Source of the DNA: Octopus vulgaris
Lineage: Eukaryota
Reading direction: 5' to 3'
DNA: 64,000 bases
Assembly (NCBI GenBank): GCA_951406725.2
Contig: OX597822.1
Coordinates: 186,001-250,000 of the forward strand
Shown here: piece by piece, positions 1 through 12,469 of the stretch
How the letters are laid out: each line of letters starts with the position of its first letter
Position numbering within the stretch: position 1 is the first letter of the stretch
Notes under the pieces: model-generated
The model's database searches: none
Seen by the model: the letters and a program-made list of their open reading frames with translations, nothing else
What the model was told of the DNA's origin: nothing
Made by a program: the position numbers and the translations under genes

Positions 1-800
1 CCCTCCCTTGCCGGGATCGCTATTAATTCCCTCAATAGTGTATCTAATTAGATGGAGATTATCCTGAATGGACCTGCCAGGTACGGCACACGTTTGTGCC
101 TTCCCTATTAGTCCATCCGCGACACGTGCCAATCTGTTTGATAACACTTTGGCCAAAATCTTCAGCTCTGCGTTAAGCAGAGTGATGGGCCTAAAATTAT
201 CAATGACATCCCCCTTGTCCAAGTCCTTCCTGATTAGTGTCACCACTCCCCGGCGCACAGATCTGGGAATAAACCCATTCTGCTGCCAGTTCGCGTAGAC
301 GTTCGCCAGTAAGTCCCCGAACAAGTCCGGCATACTTTTATAAAGCTCGTAAGGTAGACCATCCAGTCCTGGCGCCTTACCCGCGCCGCAGTTAGCCATG
401 GCCTCTATTACTTCCCCAGGCGTGATCGGCTCCTCACTACACTTCGCGTCCTGCTCCGAGAGGCGCGGCAGCCCGTCGAGGAGGTCCGTTAGGCCCCTCC
501 TCCTATCCGGTCCGCCGCTTCCCCCAAAGAGCTGGGCGAAGTGGTCCTGAAAAGCCTCACACATCTCCTTGGGCTCGTTTATCAACTTACCTTGTTGGTT
601 CGTCAAAGATCGAATTGTGGCATCGTTGCCACGTTGGGCTTCCACCACTCGGGCCCATCTCGCGGCATTAATTCCTTCGCTCCCCATTGCACATTGTCTA
701 GCCCTGACAATGCAACCCATGTGTTTGGCTTCGAGGTGCTGGTTCAAAACCAGTCTCTTGACCTTCACCTGGGCTGCCGTGCCAGTTCGCATTGATTCGA
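1..800 (-). mobile_element. L1/Tx1-clade LINE ORF2 fragment (start of RT region), 5'-truncated, continues off the window
   Basis: Stop-free minus frame from ~800 to 1: GKAPGLDGLPYELYK, DNFRPITLLNAELKILAKVLSNRL, QTCAVPGRSIQDNLHLIR. GC content far above flank. Confidence 0.9.
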
Positions 801-1324
801 CTAGTCTATTTCCTGTGTTGTCTTACTGGACTTGCAGCTGTTCAAATTTTTAAATTATTTGTCTATTTCTAACTAACAATTTCAAATAAGGGATAATGGT
901 CTATTCTCAGGGTCTTACTAAAATTATATCTCTTATGAAATAACCAGGGCTAATATGAACAACAAAAAAAAATTAATGAATAATATCCATCTTTTTTTTT
1001 AAAGAAAACATATTATATCAACATCTGTATAGAATGCTTATCGTCTGTCTCCTGCTAGATCATCTTACCAGAGCTTTAGCTTCATTCAATGCAGCAGCTG
1101 CTTGCTTGTAGAGGCCTTGTGTCAGGTTCTGCACCAGATGGCTGGACATGATTGGGGAATATCTCTAGAGGCTTGACATCACCTTGGAGGATACAGAGGG
1201 GCTGGTACAGGACTACTAGCGACAGAGAGCAATAGTGGACCTGGTTAGCTCTATGCATGATGATATCTCTAGGACCACTAACCTCAGATGATCCCACCCT
1301 CATCAAGTAAGAGCATAAGCGTGT

Positions 1325-1755
1325 AGCATACTAAATGCAAATACGTCATTGAAAGGCAATGTTATGTTCGTCCAGAGATAATGTCACTTATGAACATGCT
1401 GTGTTTAAAAACACCATACATATCAAAAGGCAAAAGCAGTGGCTGGCAGGCTCACCTAATGCATTTCAGCCTAGTTGTGCCTTATCAATGTATTGTATTC
1501 ATAACAAGCAACATACCTAAGTGACATTTGTCACTTAGGTGACAATGGGAAGCATTGGATGAAACATTCAATGGCAGGCAAAAAGCTGCCTGTCATTGAT
1601 AAAGTCCAACTTGGTCAAAGTTAGCTGCTGCCATGATTTTCATTTTCCTCCAGTATATATTGTTTTCAAACACAGCACATTCATAAGAGATGTTATCTTT
1701 GGATGAATACTGCAGTAATTTGCCTGTCAACCATGTATATTTATTAAGTATGATA
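1325..1755. mobile_element. Old MITE-like element with ~95 bp degenerate inverted repeats
   Basis: 1327-1420 is roughly the reverse complement of 1655-1755; near-central perfect palindrome acctaagtgaca-tt-tgtcacttaggt at 1515-1540. Confidence 0.55.
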
Positions 1756-1943
1756 CATAGTTGCTCGTAACAGTAATGGCTTTAGGTGCAGGCATAGTTG
1801 TATAGTTAAGGTCATTTTGCAGCCATGTAAGTTTAGGTTCAGTTCCACTGTGTGACACCTTTGGCTAGTATCTTCTATTATACCCCTGAGCTGACAAATG
1901 TCTTGTTAGTGAATTCAATTGATAGAGACAGTGTGGGAACCTG

Positions 1944-1975
<32 letters not shown>

Positions 1976-2101
1976 TCGTCCTTCTGACTGTTTTGGAGTA
2001 CCTGATTTATGGATTTCTTTCTCTACCTTTAGATTACATTACTTTTTAATTCATTTGGAGTATGATGACATTTCTGCACCTTTTTGATATATATATATAT
2101 A

Positions 2102-2768
2102 AGTGGATGAGGACAGCTGTGTGAAGAAGTGTCACACCCTAACAGTGGAGGGAACCTGTGGAAGAGATAGTTCCAGGAAGATGTGGGATGAGGTGGTGAA
2201 GCATGACCTTTGAACATTGGGCCTCACCGAGGCAATTACAAGCAACTAAGACCTTTTGAGATATGCTATGCTTGAGAAGACCCGGCAAACCAAATGAGAT
2301 CGTAGCTGTGGCTGATGCCAGTGTTGTATAACTGGCTCGTTTAAAAGTATCCTTGAATCACAGGGCAATATGCTGTGCTTGAGAAGACCTGTTGAGTCAA
2401 GTGAAATTGTAGTTGTGGCTGATGTCAACGCTGCCTGACTAGCACCCCTGCCAGTGGCATGTAAAAAGCACAATTCGAGTGTGGCTGATGCCAGTGCCAG
2501 TGGTACATAAAACATATCATTTGAGTGTGGTTGATGCCAGTACCACTTGAGTGGCTCCTGTGCCGGTGGCATGTAAAAAGCACCATTCGAGCATTGTTGA
2601 TGCCAGTAACACATAAAAAGCACCTACTACACTCTCGGAGTGGTTGGCGTTAGGAAGGGCAGCTGTAGATCAGACTGGAGCCTGGTGCAAACTCCTGGCT
2701 TGCCAATCCCCAGTCTAACTGTCCAAACCATGCCAGCATGGAAAGTAGATGCTAAATGATGATGATTA
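2102..2768 (+). mobile_element. RTE LINE 3' fragment (same family as 27813-30638)
   Basis: Decayed DEDSCVKKCHTLTVEGTCGR end of ORF, 3'UTR repeat units, (GAT)n tail. Confidence 0.85.
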
Positions 2769-2809
2769 TATATATATGTGTGTTAAGAAGCTAGACACAG
2801 ATGTTGCTG

Positions 2810-3167
2810 GGTAGTAAGAAGCTTACTTTTCAACTACATGGCTCCAGGGTTCAGTGCCACAGTATGGCACTTTAGGCAAGTGTTTTCTACTATAGCTTTG
2901 GGCTGACCAAAGCCTTGAGAGTGGATTTGGTAGATGAAAACTGAAAGCCCATTGTGTGTGTGTATGTTTGTTCCCCATCCCACAGTGTGACAACCTGTGT
3001 TAGTGTGTTTCTGTCCCCATAACTTAGAGAGGTCGGGCAAAGAGACTGCCAGAATTAGTACCAGGCTTACGGAAAAAAACCCCAAAAAAACTATGGGGTT
3101 GATTCATTTGACTAAAATTCTTCAAGGCTGTGCCCCAGCATGGCCGCAGTATCATGACTGAAACAAG

Positions 3168-3170
<3 letters not shown>
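2810..3170 (+). mobile_element. tRNA-derived SINE family A, degenerate copy
   Basis: Similar throughout to the copies at 12468, 21357 and 40399. Confidence 0.8.
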
Positions 3171-3204
<34 letters not shown>

Positions 3205-3639
3205 TAACCATCATCAACATTTAACGTCAATTTTCCATGCCGGCATGGGTTAGACAGCTAGACAGTAACTGGCAAGGTCAGGGGCTGCACCAGGTTCCAT
3301 TCTGTTTTGGCTTGGTTTCTATGGTTGGATGTCCTTCCTAATGCCAACCACTTTATGGAGTGTATCGGGTGCTTTTTACGTGGCATCAGCACCAGTATTT
3401 TTTATATGGCACTAACCACACCAATGTTTTTTTTACGTGGTATCTTGGTTTCAGGATGTTAATTGTGTTGTGGTGGACGAGTAAAAAATTCGGGGGGGGG
3501 TGGGTGAAGAGAGAAAAATACATGATAAAACATGCCAAAAAAAAATAAACAGTAAAAGAACTTTAAAAGGAAAAGAGTGAATGGGTAGAGTGATGAATTT
3601 CAGAAGCATGGAATGTTTGAAGGTAGCAAACCACAGCAT

Positions 3640-4136
3640 ACATATGTAAACATCGTGTCCATAGACCGTAGGGATCTCGGACAATTGTCTAGTTAAGATA
3701 GCCGACGGCTCTGCATCTACGCTAAATTGTTACATTAAAAGTAAAGATATCAGACACGCAAGGTGGTTAATTAAGTTGTGAAAAACGGGAGATGGAAATA
3801 TAAGCAAGGGAGGTAATGATGGTGAACATTATATTTCAGACATGCGCAATGCTCTGAAATCTAATGTCGGTCAAATCCGTTCTGGACCAGTTATGGCTTT
3901 TATATTGTGTTGAACAACGTTGATGTAACTACATTCCTATCATTTCACTCGTAAAATACTCACACACGACAATATATGTAAGCTGAGGTAATTAGAAAGA
4001 AAAAATACAGCTGTAACAATAATAATAATCCCATCAACTGACTGAAAACGTTGGTTGATTTGCTGAAGTTGTTACAAAACAAGGATATTTTTTGTTTGTT
4101 TTTTCCTCTTCGGGTTTCTTTCCTGCTTCCATTCAG
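3640..4136. promoter_or_regulatory. Putative GET4 promoter / 5'UTR region
   Basis: Repeat-free, relatively CpG-retaining sequence just upstream of the ATG exon. NRF1-like catgcgcaatg at 3841; donor-like sites at 3978 and 3988; strong acceptor ending 4136. Confidence 0.45.
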
Positions 4137-4189
4137 TCTTGAGTTTCTTAGTAATGAGACACTGAACTGTTTTTGGCATTGTTAGCAAC

Positions 4190-4293
4190 ATGTGTGCCGA
4201 AAGATTAAGTCGTATTTTAGCGAAATGTCAGGCCTGTGTGGATGCTAACAACTTCTATGAGGCTCATCAGATGTACCGGACTTTATACTTCAG
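4190..4293 (+). CDS. GET4: GET4 coding exon 1 ([35 protein letters not shown])
   Basis: ATG at 4190, YEAHQ motif, donor CAG|GTAAGA, phase 2. Confidence 0.95.
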
Positions 4294-7200
4294 GTAAGAC
4301 ACAATTTCTTTAACCTTCGCTTCTTTTTTGTTTCTTTCCTAAAAAACCCAACAGAAATAAAAATATCAACAACAATAAATTCAATTCGCGTTTTGTCATA
4401 TTCTAACTAAAAGCAACAACCTTTTCCTTGTCTGAATTAATGTTTCTCTCCCAAAACCTATCCAACCATTCTTCATTCACTTCAATGTTCAACTGTTTCT
4501 ATAACTTTACATTAACAAAAATCGTAAGATCGCCAGTTTTAAAATTGATGTCTAAAATATCCTCTTCATGCATTCGTGGCTGTGATCATCACTCAGACAT
4601 GCCTCTTCTTTATAATAATCTTACATCTTATTTATTCAGATCCGTTAATAAGACCAAGTGTCACAGTCTGTCGAATTCTTCTTAAAATTTAGTTTAGGTA
4701 TAAACGAAAATATTGATATAAAATTTCCGATTCCTTAAATATTTTTTTCTGTTTAGTGTTCATTGTAATAATTCAATTGAATTTGGTTAGATAGGTAATT
4801 AAAAAAAAAGTTTAATACTTATAATTTCAGTAACTAATTTACGTAGTTATTTAATTTCAACTTTGCACCTCACCACAAACATATTGCTGGAGACATGCTG
4901 TACTTTTTAAGCTATTTCCGTGCAACATAACTTTGTAATTCCACTCTTTTTTTTTTATACACCAACACTTAAGTGCTTGGAATATACAGTCTTTACATAT
5001 TTGCTGTGATATATGTACAGAATAAGAGATCCATTGCTTCTTTCCAGATTAGATTAATTGTAGGGGTTTGATGAATTTACGTACATTTTATTTTTTACGT
5101 TAGCACGATTCCTCTTCATCAAGATAATACAGACTTGTATCTTCCCTGTTCTATGGCGATATGTTATATCAAAGACTTATAAACTAATGGTTTTCGGAGA
5201 TTATTCTAGTCGTTGAGAATTTACTTTCTCGTGTATCTTCGAAACGAACATGTACAGAAACAGTTAGATTCCATATTCTATTAGATTTCTAACTGTATGA
5301 ATCATTTACTAGTGCCAATATCGCATTACTATCATCACTGCACTCGTAACATGGTGTGTGATATGAGGAGGGGGTTTAGCTGTCCTCTTACTTTCTAAAA
5401 TGTTTGTCTGAAGAATTTGGTTGAGCTTACAAATGCACAAAGTAGCAGCGTTAACGACATTATGTTACGTTTGTCATTTTGTTTGTATGGGATTGAAACA
5501 TCTAATATACATAAAGAACACCTTTCGTCTCTCTAATGTTTCTTTTCATCGAACAACATGTATATTTTACACGTAGATAGATTTGCCAACTCGAACTGCA
5601 GGCAGCCATGTCGTCGTCGTGTTAGACTTCCGGGCCGATGGTTCATTTCCTCTCTCTCTCTCTCTAAACATTATCCACAATAAAATCGCACCGAGGAGTA
5701 GATATAGCTCTCTCTTTTGGAAGTAGCAAGAGCACTGTCTAATTTATAACAAGTGTTGCATTATCAATTAAAATAGTCATTCTACAGGCAACCGGAAGCC
5801 ACTCCAGGTCTCCGTTGCCTCAATAATCCACGTTTCCATTGGATCCGGATTCTGGTTCTCACTACGCTCGGGCTGTAATGATTAGAAATACTGTCTGTTT
5901 TCCCGTTAATCTTATCCCGGCACAATGATCCATGGCTACCATTACCACCTGGATTTTTGACACATCTTCCAGGATTGTTGCTAACTGAAAATTCTTGCCG
6001 GAGTTTTGGGGTAGCAATCCCTCGGGGTCTCGTGTCTTATGTGAAAGGAAACAGAATGTATTTTTTTAGAGTATTTCTGTGTTTCTCTTGACTGGAAATT
6101 ACGATTTCGAACAGAAAAATTTCAAAAAAAAAAAAAAAAAAAAAAAAGAAAATGCTTGCCTTCCACGAGTTACAGCTATTTCGAAACTCAGTCAAATACT
6201 TCTTCACTTGGTTTCGGTATATGTGTGGTCTCATTTAGTTTTATAATTGCTTGTAATATACTGTTTTGAAAGTGATTACTTGATTAAAATACATGCTCCT
6301 CTTTATTTTGTAATGAACAAATATATATATGCACGTGTGTGTGTGTGTTTAGTGTGTACTGCTCCAGTACAACTGTCACAATTGGACTGTTTGCCCAATT
6401 TCCTCCCCCAAGACAACCCCACTGTTCTTCATCTCTGCAATTTTTTCGTTGATATCACTAATCTTTCTCACCACTCCGGAACCATTTTACTTGATGTATA
6501 TTCCTCATCCTTAATACTTTCCTCTCCATTGACATTTTACATTGCCCCCCTCCACGGAATCGCCATAGCGTCTCACCTTCTCTACCACCGTACATAGCAT
6601 ATACTGCAGCTGCCTATCTCCCTTTCTCTCTCTCCCCTTATCTGTTGTATCTTCATTACTATTCTGCCACTCTTCACTCCCCTGCATCATTGATCTCTCC
6701 CCCACTTCTTGTCCCCCATTCACTATATCCCTCTCCCCATCTTATCCGGTTATCCGGTTTACAATTGTCACCTACACTTCCTTACCTCCCCTACCTATCA
6801 TCTACTCAACACTTGTTCTTTATTCATCATATGTTCACCCCCTCACCTATTCCTGTTCCCCAGCTCTCTTCACCTCTGCCTACCTATATTCTTGCCTTTT
6901 CTCATTTTCATTTATACCCCCCCCCTTGAGGTCCACACAGACACCTCATCACCACTGTTTTTATTTCTTCTCTGCCCCATGTTGATCATGACCCCTCTCT
7001 AGCCATAGCCATGTTGTAGCCCCTGGACAACAAGAAAATTGCCCTGCTCCAGTCCCTTATCGCATACATCACCCCTACCTCATCTCCTAGCATACAGCTG
7101 CCTCTTTCAGGGTTTGTAGTCTTGCGAACTACTTACTGACCTTACCAGTGCTGGTGGCACAAAAAGAAAAACACCCAGTACACACTAAAGCAGTTGGCAT

Positions 7201-7900
7201 TAGGAAGGGCATCCAGCCATAGAGACTATTCCAGAGTAGACACTGGAGCACAGTACAGTCCTCTGGTTCATCGAATCCTGTAAAACTGTTCAGCCCATGC
7301 CAGCACAGAACATGGATATTGAATGACGATGATATTTACACACAACTATTACATTGATGAATAAACTTATATACATTTCTACTCAGTAATCAGTGAAATA
7401 AATAACTGATTAGTCATTATCATCATTATCATTATACTTCCATTTTCCATGCTGGCATGGGTTGGATGGTTTGACCAGAGCTGCACCAGGTTCCAGTCAC
7501 ATCATTTAGTAAACGTCTTTAGCTTTGTCTTGGTCTATTTTTTGATTTGAAGAAGGAAGCACAGCAACCAGGACACAAATTATCTTCTGTACCAGTGGTT
7601 CCCAACCTCTTTACTACCAAGGATCCCTTTTAATATGCTTATCCTTATGTCTATGTCTGTGTATATATATATATATATATATATGTGACTGCATGTGTAC
7701 CGTTGGCGATTTTTTTTCCTCCGTCTTCCCTTCTTTGGATCTTTCCTTTTCCTATGTTTCTGACGAAGATCTCCGCTCGAAACGTTAAACCCTCCTTCTT
7801 TCCTTCCTGAGCGTCCAATATTTGTTCCACGTCCTCGCGTTGTTGTGTTTTCTCTTTGTGTTTTCATTGGATTAACTATATATATATATATATATATATA

Positions 7901-7936
<36 letters not shown>

Positions 7937-10900
7937 TATGAAATTTTAAATTTAGTTCATGGATCTCCAATACTACCTTTGTGGACCACAAGTTGGGGGC
8001 CACTGTTCTATCCATTATAATTAAGAAAAGTTAAATCAATGAATAAATCTGTATTTTGAATGGTGATGTTTAACTAATTCTTTTTCAAACTAAAGGTTTG
8101 ATGGCTTAGGACTTCTGATAATTATCAATTCCAAACTTTTAAGTTGACATTTTTGATCTGTTGTTTTTGAACATGGTGTTTCTCAACCTTTTCTTATTCC
8201 ACACTTTTTTTTTAATTGTATGTCCCTACCAAAAAAAAAACAAAAAAACCCTGCACTCTACTATGAATGGACAAATTTTGTTTGTTTACAAGTTTTAATT
8301 ATATATATGCAAATTTTGTTTGTTTATGAGTTTTAATTAAAACTTTATTGCAAATTTTATTCACTTGTTGCTTATAACCCATTTTGAAGTAACCCACATC
8401 AAAAACCTGACAAATTCCACTCGTGGGTGGTGCCCTCTTCCATCTTGAAAAACCCTGTTCTAACTTGTTGGGGTTTATCTCAGTTCATCTTAGCTTCTTT
8501 GCTGGACAGAGGAAATATATTCAAGAATCTGGTAAAAGATCTCATTCAGCCTTAAATCCCTAATACAATATATTTATATTAAATGTCCTCTCCTCACTAT
8601 TCCAGACATTTACCATTCTACTGAATGAAAGATTTCCTTTGTTAACCTGCTCTTTTCCATTCCCCTTTATTTATTTATTTTTTTGTAAAATCTATTTGAA
8701 TAGATTAGTTCTTGCATAAAATGGTGTTTTTCAGTCCTTCCCAGAACATCAGTCCTCTGGAATTTCCTCACCAGCATGTTTACCCCTGCAGATATTAGAT
8801 GTGCTAGTCTATTCTCCAACATTTACACAACAACAATCTAGTTTTACATTTAAGTGACAATGTAAAATGTCATGCATTTGTAAAATAATCCTAAATTTAT
8901 TTGAAACACATGTAATTTTATTGTATTCTGAATTCTTGTTAGGGCTTCTGTTAGTTGAAGTCAACTACATATCTAACCCTAAAAGTGCAGATCTGGGCAA
9001 GATTTTATTTTGCTTTTGCAGAAGATTGGTTTATTTGGGCATGTAGGTATGTTATTGTTATTGTCCAAAGGAAAGGTTGGTTTTGGGTCAATGCAGCTTG
9101 ACCAATGCAGTTACAAGCATCAACAGCTTTGTCATAATTTAATATCCACTTTTCCATGCTTCCATGGGTCAGTAAAAAAAATTGTTGAGGTAAATTTTCT
9201 GGGGCCCAATGTTACCAACTCACTCCTGTTTCCAAGCAATAATAATATTTCCCCATGGAACAAACAACATTTCTTGCATGAAGGTGACTTTCAGAAACAT
9301 TTCTTCACACTCACAATTACTGAAGCAGGGAATGTAGGACCTGCATCCATTGTCAACTGTCAGGAAACTGGGCTCTCAAAAATTCCATGCTTCCTGAAAT
9401 TTACCTACACTGCATGTGATGAGCCTATGCACCCTTATTCTTTATGACTCTTTTAAACTGGTCATATCCAGCTGAAAATGTTTTCCCCTTTTACATTAAA
9501 ACTGGCCTGGTTCTGCTTTTCACACCTGCCTTACAATGTCAGTGTAAAAATAAACAATAATATTGAAATCTCAAACTTGTGAGATAATACCTGTGTAATT
9601 AAAAAAAACAAGTGAATAAATGAGTATTACATTTGACAGATAATCTGAATGCCAAGGGGTGAATGTTCATTTTTCTCTATTTTTGTGTTTTATTCTGTGT
9701 ACTATGTATGTATTTCTGGCTTTGTTTACTAGACTTTTATGTCTGCTGTTTCCTCTTTTAACCTTCTCCAACAAATTATATTGCACCTGAACACTATACA
9801 ATAAAGCTCTTTATATATTGCTGTCAGACTGCAAGTGGCCAGAACTGATACTATAAGGCACTTTTACCAATGCTCTAATAGTTCTACCAATGCACCACAC
9901 TAGATTGGTCACTTTATTCAATGATCCTGAGATGATTTGAACACCAGGCACAGAATCAGAACAAAAACTACGAGACATTCTATACTAAGAGTCTACCAGT
10001 TTGATACCTTAAGTTTGAAGAAATTCTTCATGACTTTTCACTATCTAGCTTCTATGGACACTAGATATGTATGTTTTAGTAAATTAATATGATTTAAAAA
10101 GCAAATAATAATAAAAAAAGATATACATGAGAAACTATTGATGAGATTATTTTTGTCTGATTTTCTTAGATTTACATTTCATTTTGGTAAAATCCCAAGA
10201 CTCACATAATGCTAAAAAAAATCTGATATATAATTTTTTGCTTAATTTGTATTCATTTCTAGAACATAATTTAAAATATAATATTTGTAATAAATCTGCA
10301 AATATGATGGGTTAATTAATTTTTTTTTTATGGCATCTAAAATTTGTTACAAAAATTAAGTGCAACACTGATAATATCTCTGAATCATCTAAGGGGTGGG
10401 AATTTTTTCAAGTGGCACTTGAGCGTGACTGGTTCAAAACAAATAGATGATTGTCTGTTTTGGGCTAATTTGTATGACTACAATATTGGGCATGTCATGT
10501 TATCTGACCTGAGATTGCAACACACACACCCACACACACACACACACACACGCGCGCGCGCACACACAATCAATCATACTGTAAATGTTGTGATGACTAA
10601 TGTGTCAGTTTGGATTACTAATTAGCTTTTCCATTTAGTTAGCTGTCCTGACTCGGTGTGTTGAGAACAGAAATTCTTAACTTAGGTGGGAGTGCTTCCG
10701 TGCGAGTGTTGTGTTCTCATAAAGGGTTGGTGAGTTTGTTATTTTACTTTGAAAAAAATAATTTAATCAGATTCAGTCCATAGGTTTTAAATATATTTCC
10801 AAAAGCAATTTAAAAAAAATCCTTCTCAGGATTAGAATGAATTGAATATTGTGTTATGAGTTAGCAGAAGCATGATTGATGATGTAATGAGGTCCAATGT

Positions 10901-12417
10901 AATTTCATTATGTAAGTCCTCACATTTAGTAGTTTTCATAAGTTTAAAATAGGGGAAACTTATCATCTATACAAATATCTAAAAAGAAAACCTGCCCACC
11001 ACAATAATTGATATCCAAAAACCAAAGTGCCACATAAAAAGCACTGGTGATGGTGTCGTGTAAAAAGCACTGTAAAGTGGTTGGTGTTTGGAAGGGCATC
11101 CAGCTGTAGAAATCAAGCCAAAATAGACTACGGAACTTGGTGCAACCCCTGTTCTTGCCAGTTATTGCTGAGCTGTGCAATCCATACCAGCATGGAAAAC
11201 AGACATTAAATTTTGATGATCACGAAACACATGGTTGATTATATGGATAATAAACTATTGCTTGAAATAATTTCCATTTAATAAAAAAATTTTTTTAACC
11301 TGCAAAGAAAACATTTTAAAAATTTGTGAAACACTGATGAAAAGCAGCATTATGCTACAAAAAGTGATATTGTGTCTCAGAAGGTTAGGAAGCACTCATT
11401 TAGAAGTTCTGCTATAAATTGTTGCAAAAGTTGGCACACATAGTGTCTTTTGTTCTTCTGTATATAATGATGAGAGTTTGGCAGGCCAACAGAGAACTTC
11501 AGATTTTGAATTTAGAGGTGAAAATTGGTTATAAGCAGCTGTAGTTATGAATTTCACTGTTCATATATCTAGTGTGGATTTTCAGTTAAAGTGTTTTCAT
11601 TTTGCTCCACATGTGGTTTGTAAGCATAGGTTATGTACAGTCTGTCTTGATGTCAAGATCATTGTTTTTGCACTTCATAACAATTATTGATATTCTACAA
11701 AGCTTCAGTGATGTCCAGAACAGGGTTTTCCTGTCAAATCTGGACTGCTATTGTTGTCCACACAGACCTCCTAGATAGGAGCCACCCAACTGATTGACAT
11801 AAAATCCTTTACAAACATACTCCAACCTCTTGCTCACAGCCATGCTGTTTTCTCCCTCTGACTTTTCTTTTACTACTATAATAGCCTCTGCTCCCACTGT
11901 TGACTGGGCTCATGACACCCATACTCAGGCATTCTTATCCTACTTTCCTTTGATCTTCTCCATTGTTGTGTCTAACCTCACCATGATCCATACTAATCAT
12001 TAAACTCATTCCTTTCTTCCCAGAATATTGACCCTTTGGAATTTCCTCCTGCTTGTGCCTATCCCACAGAGCGACTTCTAGAGGGTCAAGAGAAACATTA
12101 ATGGCATCAATTTTACTAGTTTAACCCTTTAGTCTTTAAACCAGCCACATCCTGTTTTATGTTCAAACTGACCAGCTCTGGCCTCTTACACTTATCCTAC
12201 AATGTCATTTCAAAAATGAACAAACACTTCATCAAAATTTCAAAACTGAGATAATGCATGATTAATTTTAAACAATGTGAATAAGAAAGTATTATATTTG
12301 ACGAATTAATCTGAATGCTAATGGGTTAAGAGAACTTGTGAAGGCCATGGGCACTTTTCCATCCTCCAGACTGAGCAAAAAAGAAAAAAAAAGTTGGGAA
12401 ACTGAAAGAAGCCTGTC

Positions 12418-12469
<52 letters not shown>

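Larger units (their letters stand above)
7593..8005. mobile_element. hAT/Charlie-type MITE hosting a nested (TA)n and hammerhead-bearing element
   Basis: Termini cagtggttcccaac / gttgggggccactg; imperfect 8-bp TSD ttctgtac / ttctatcc. Confidence 0.65.
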
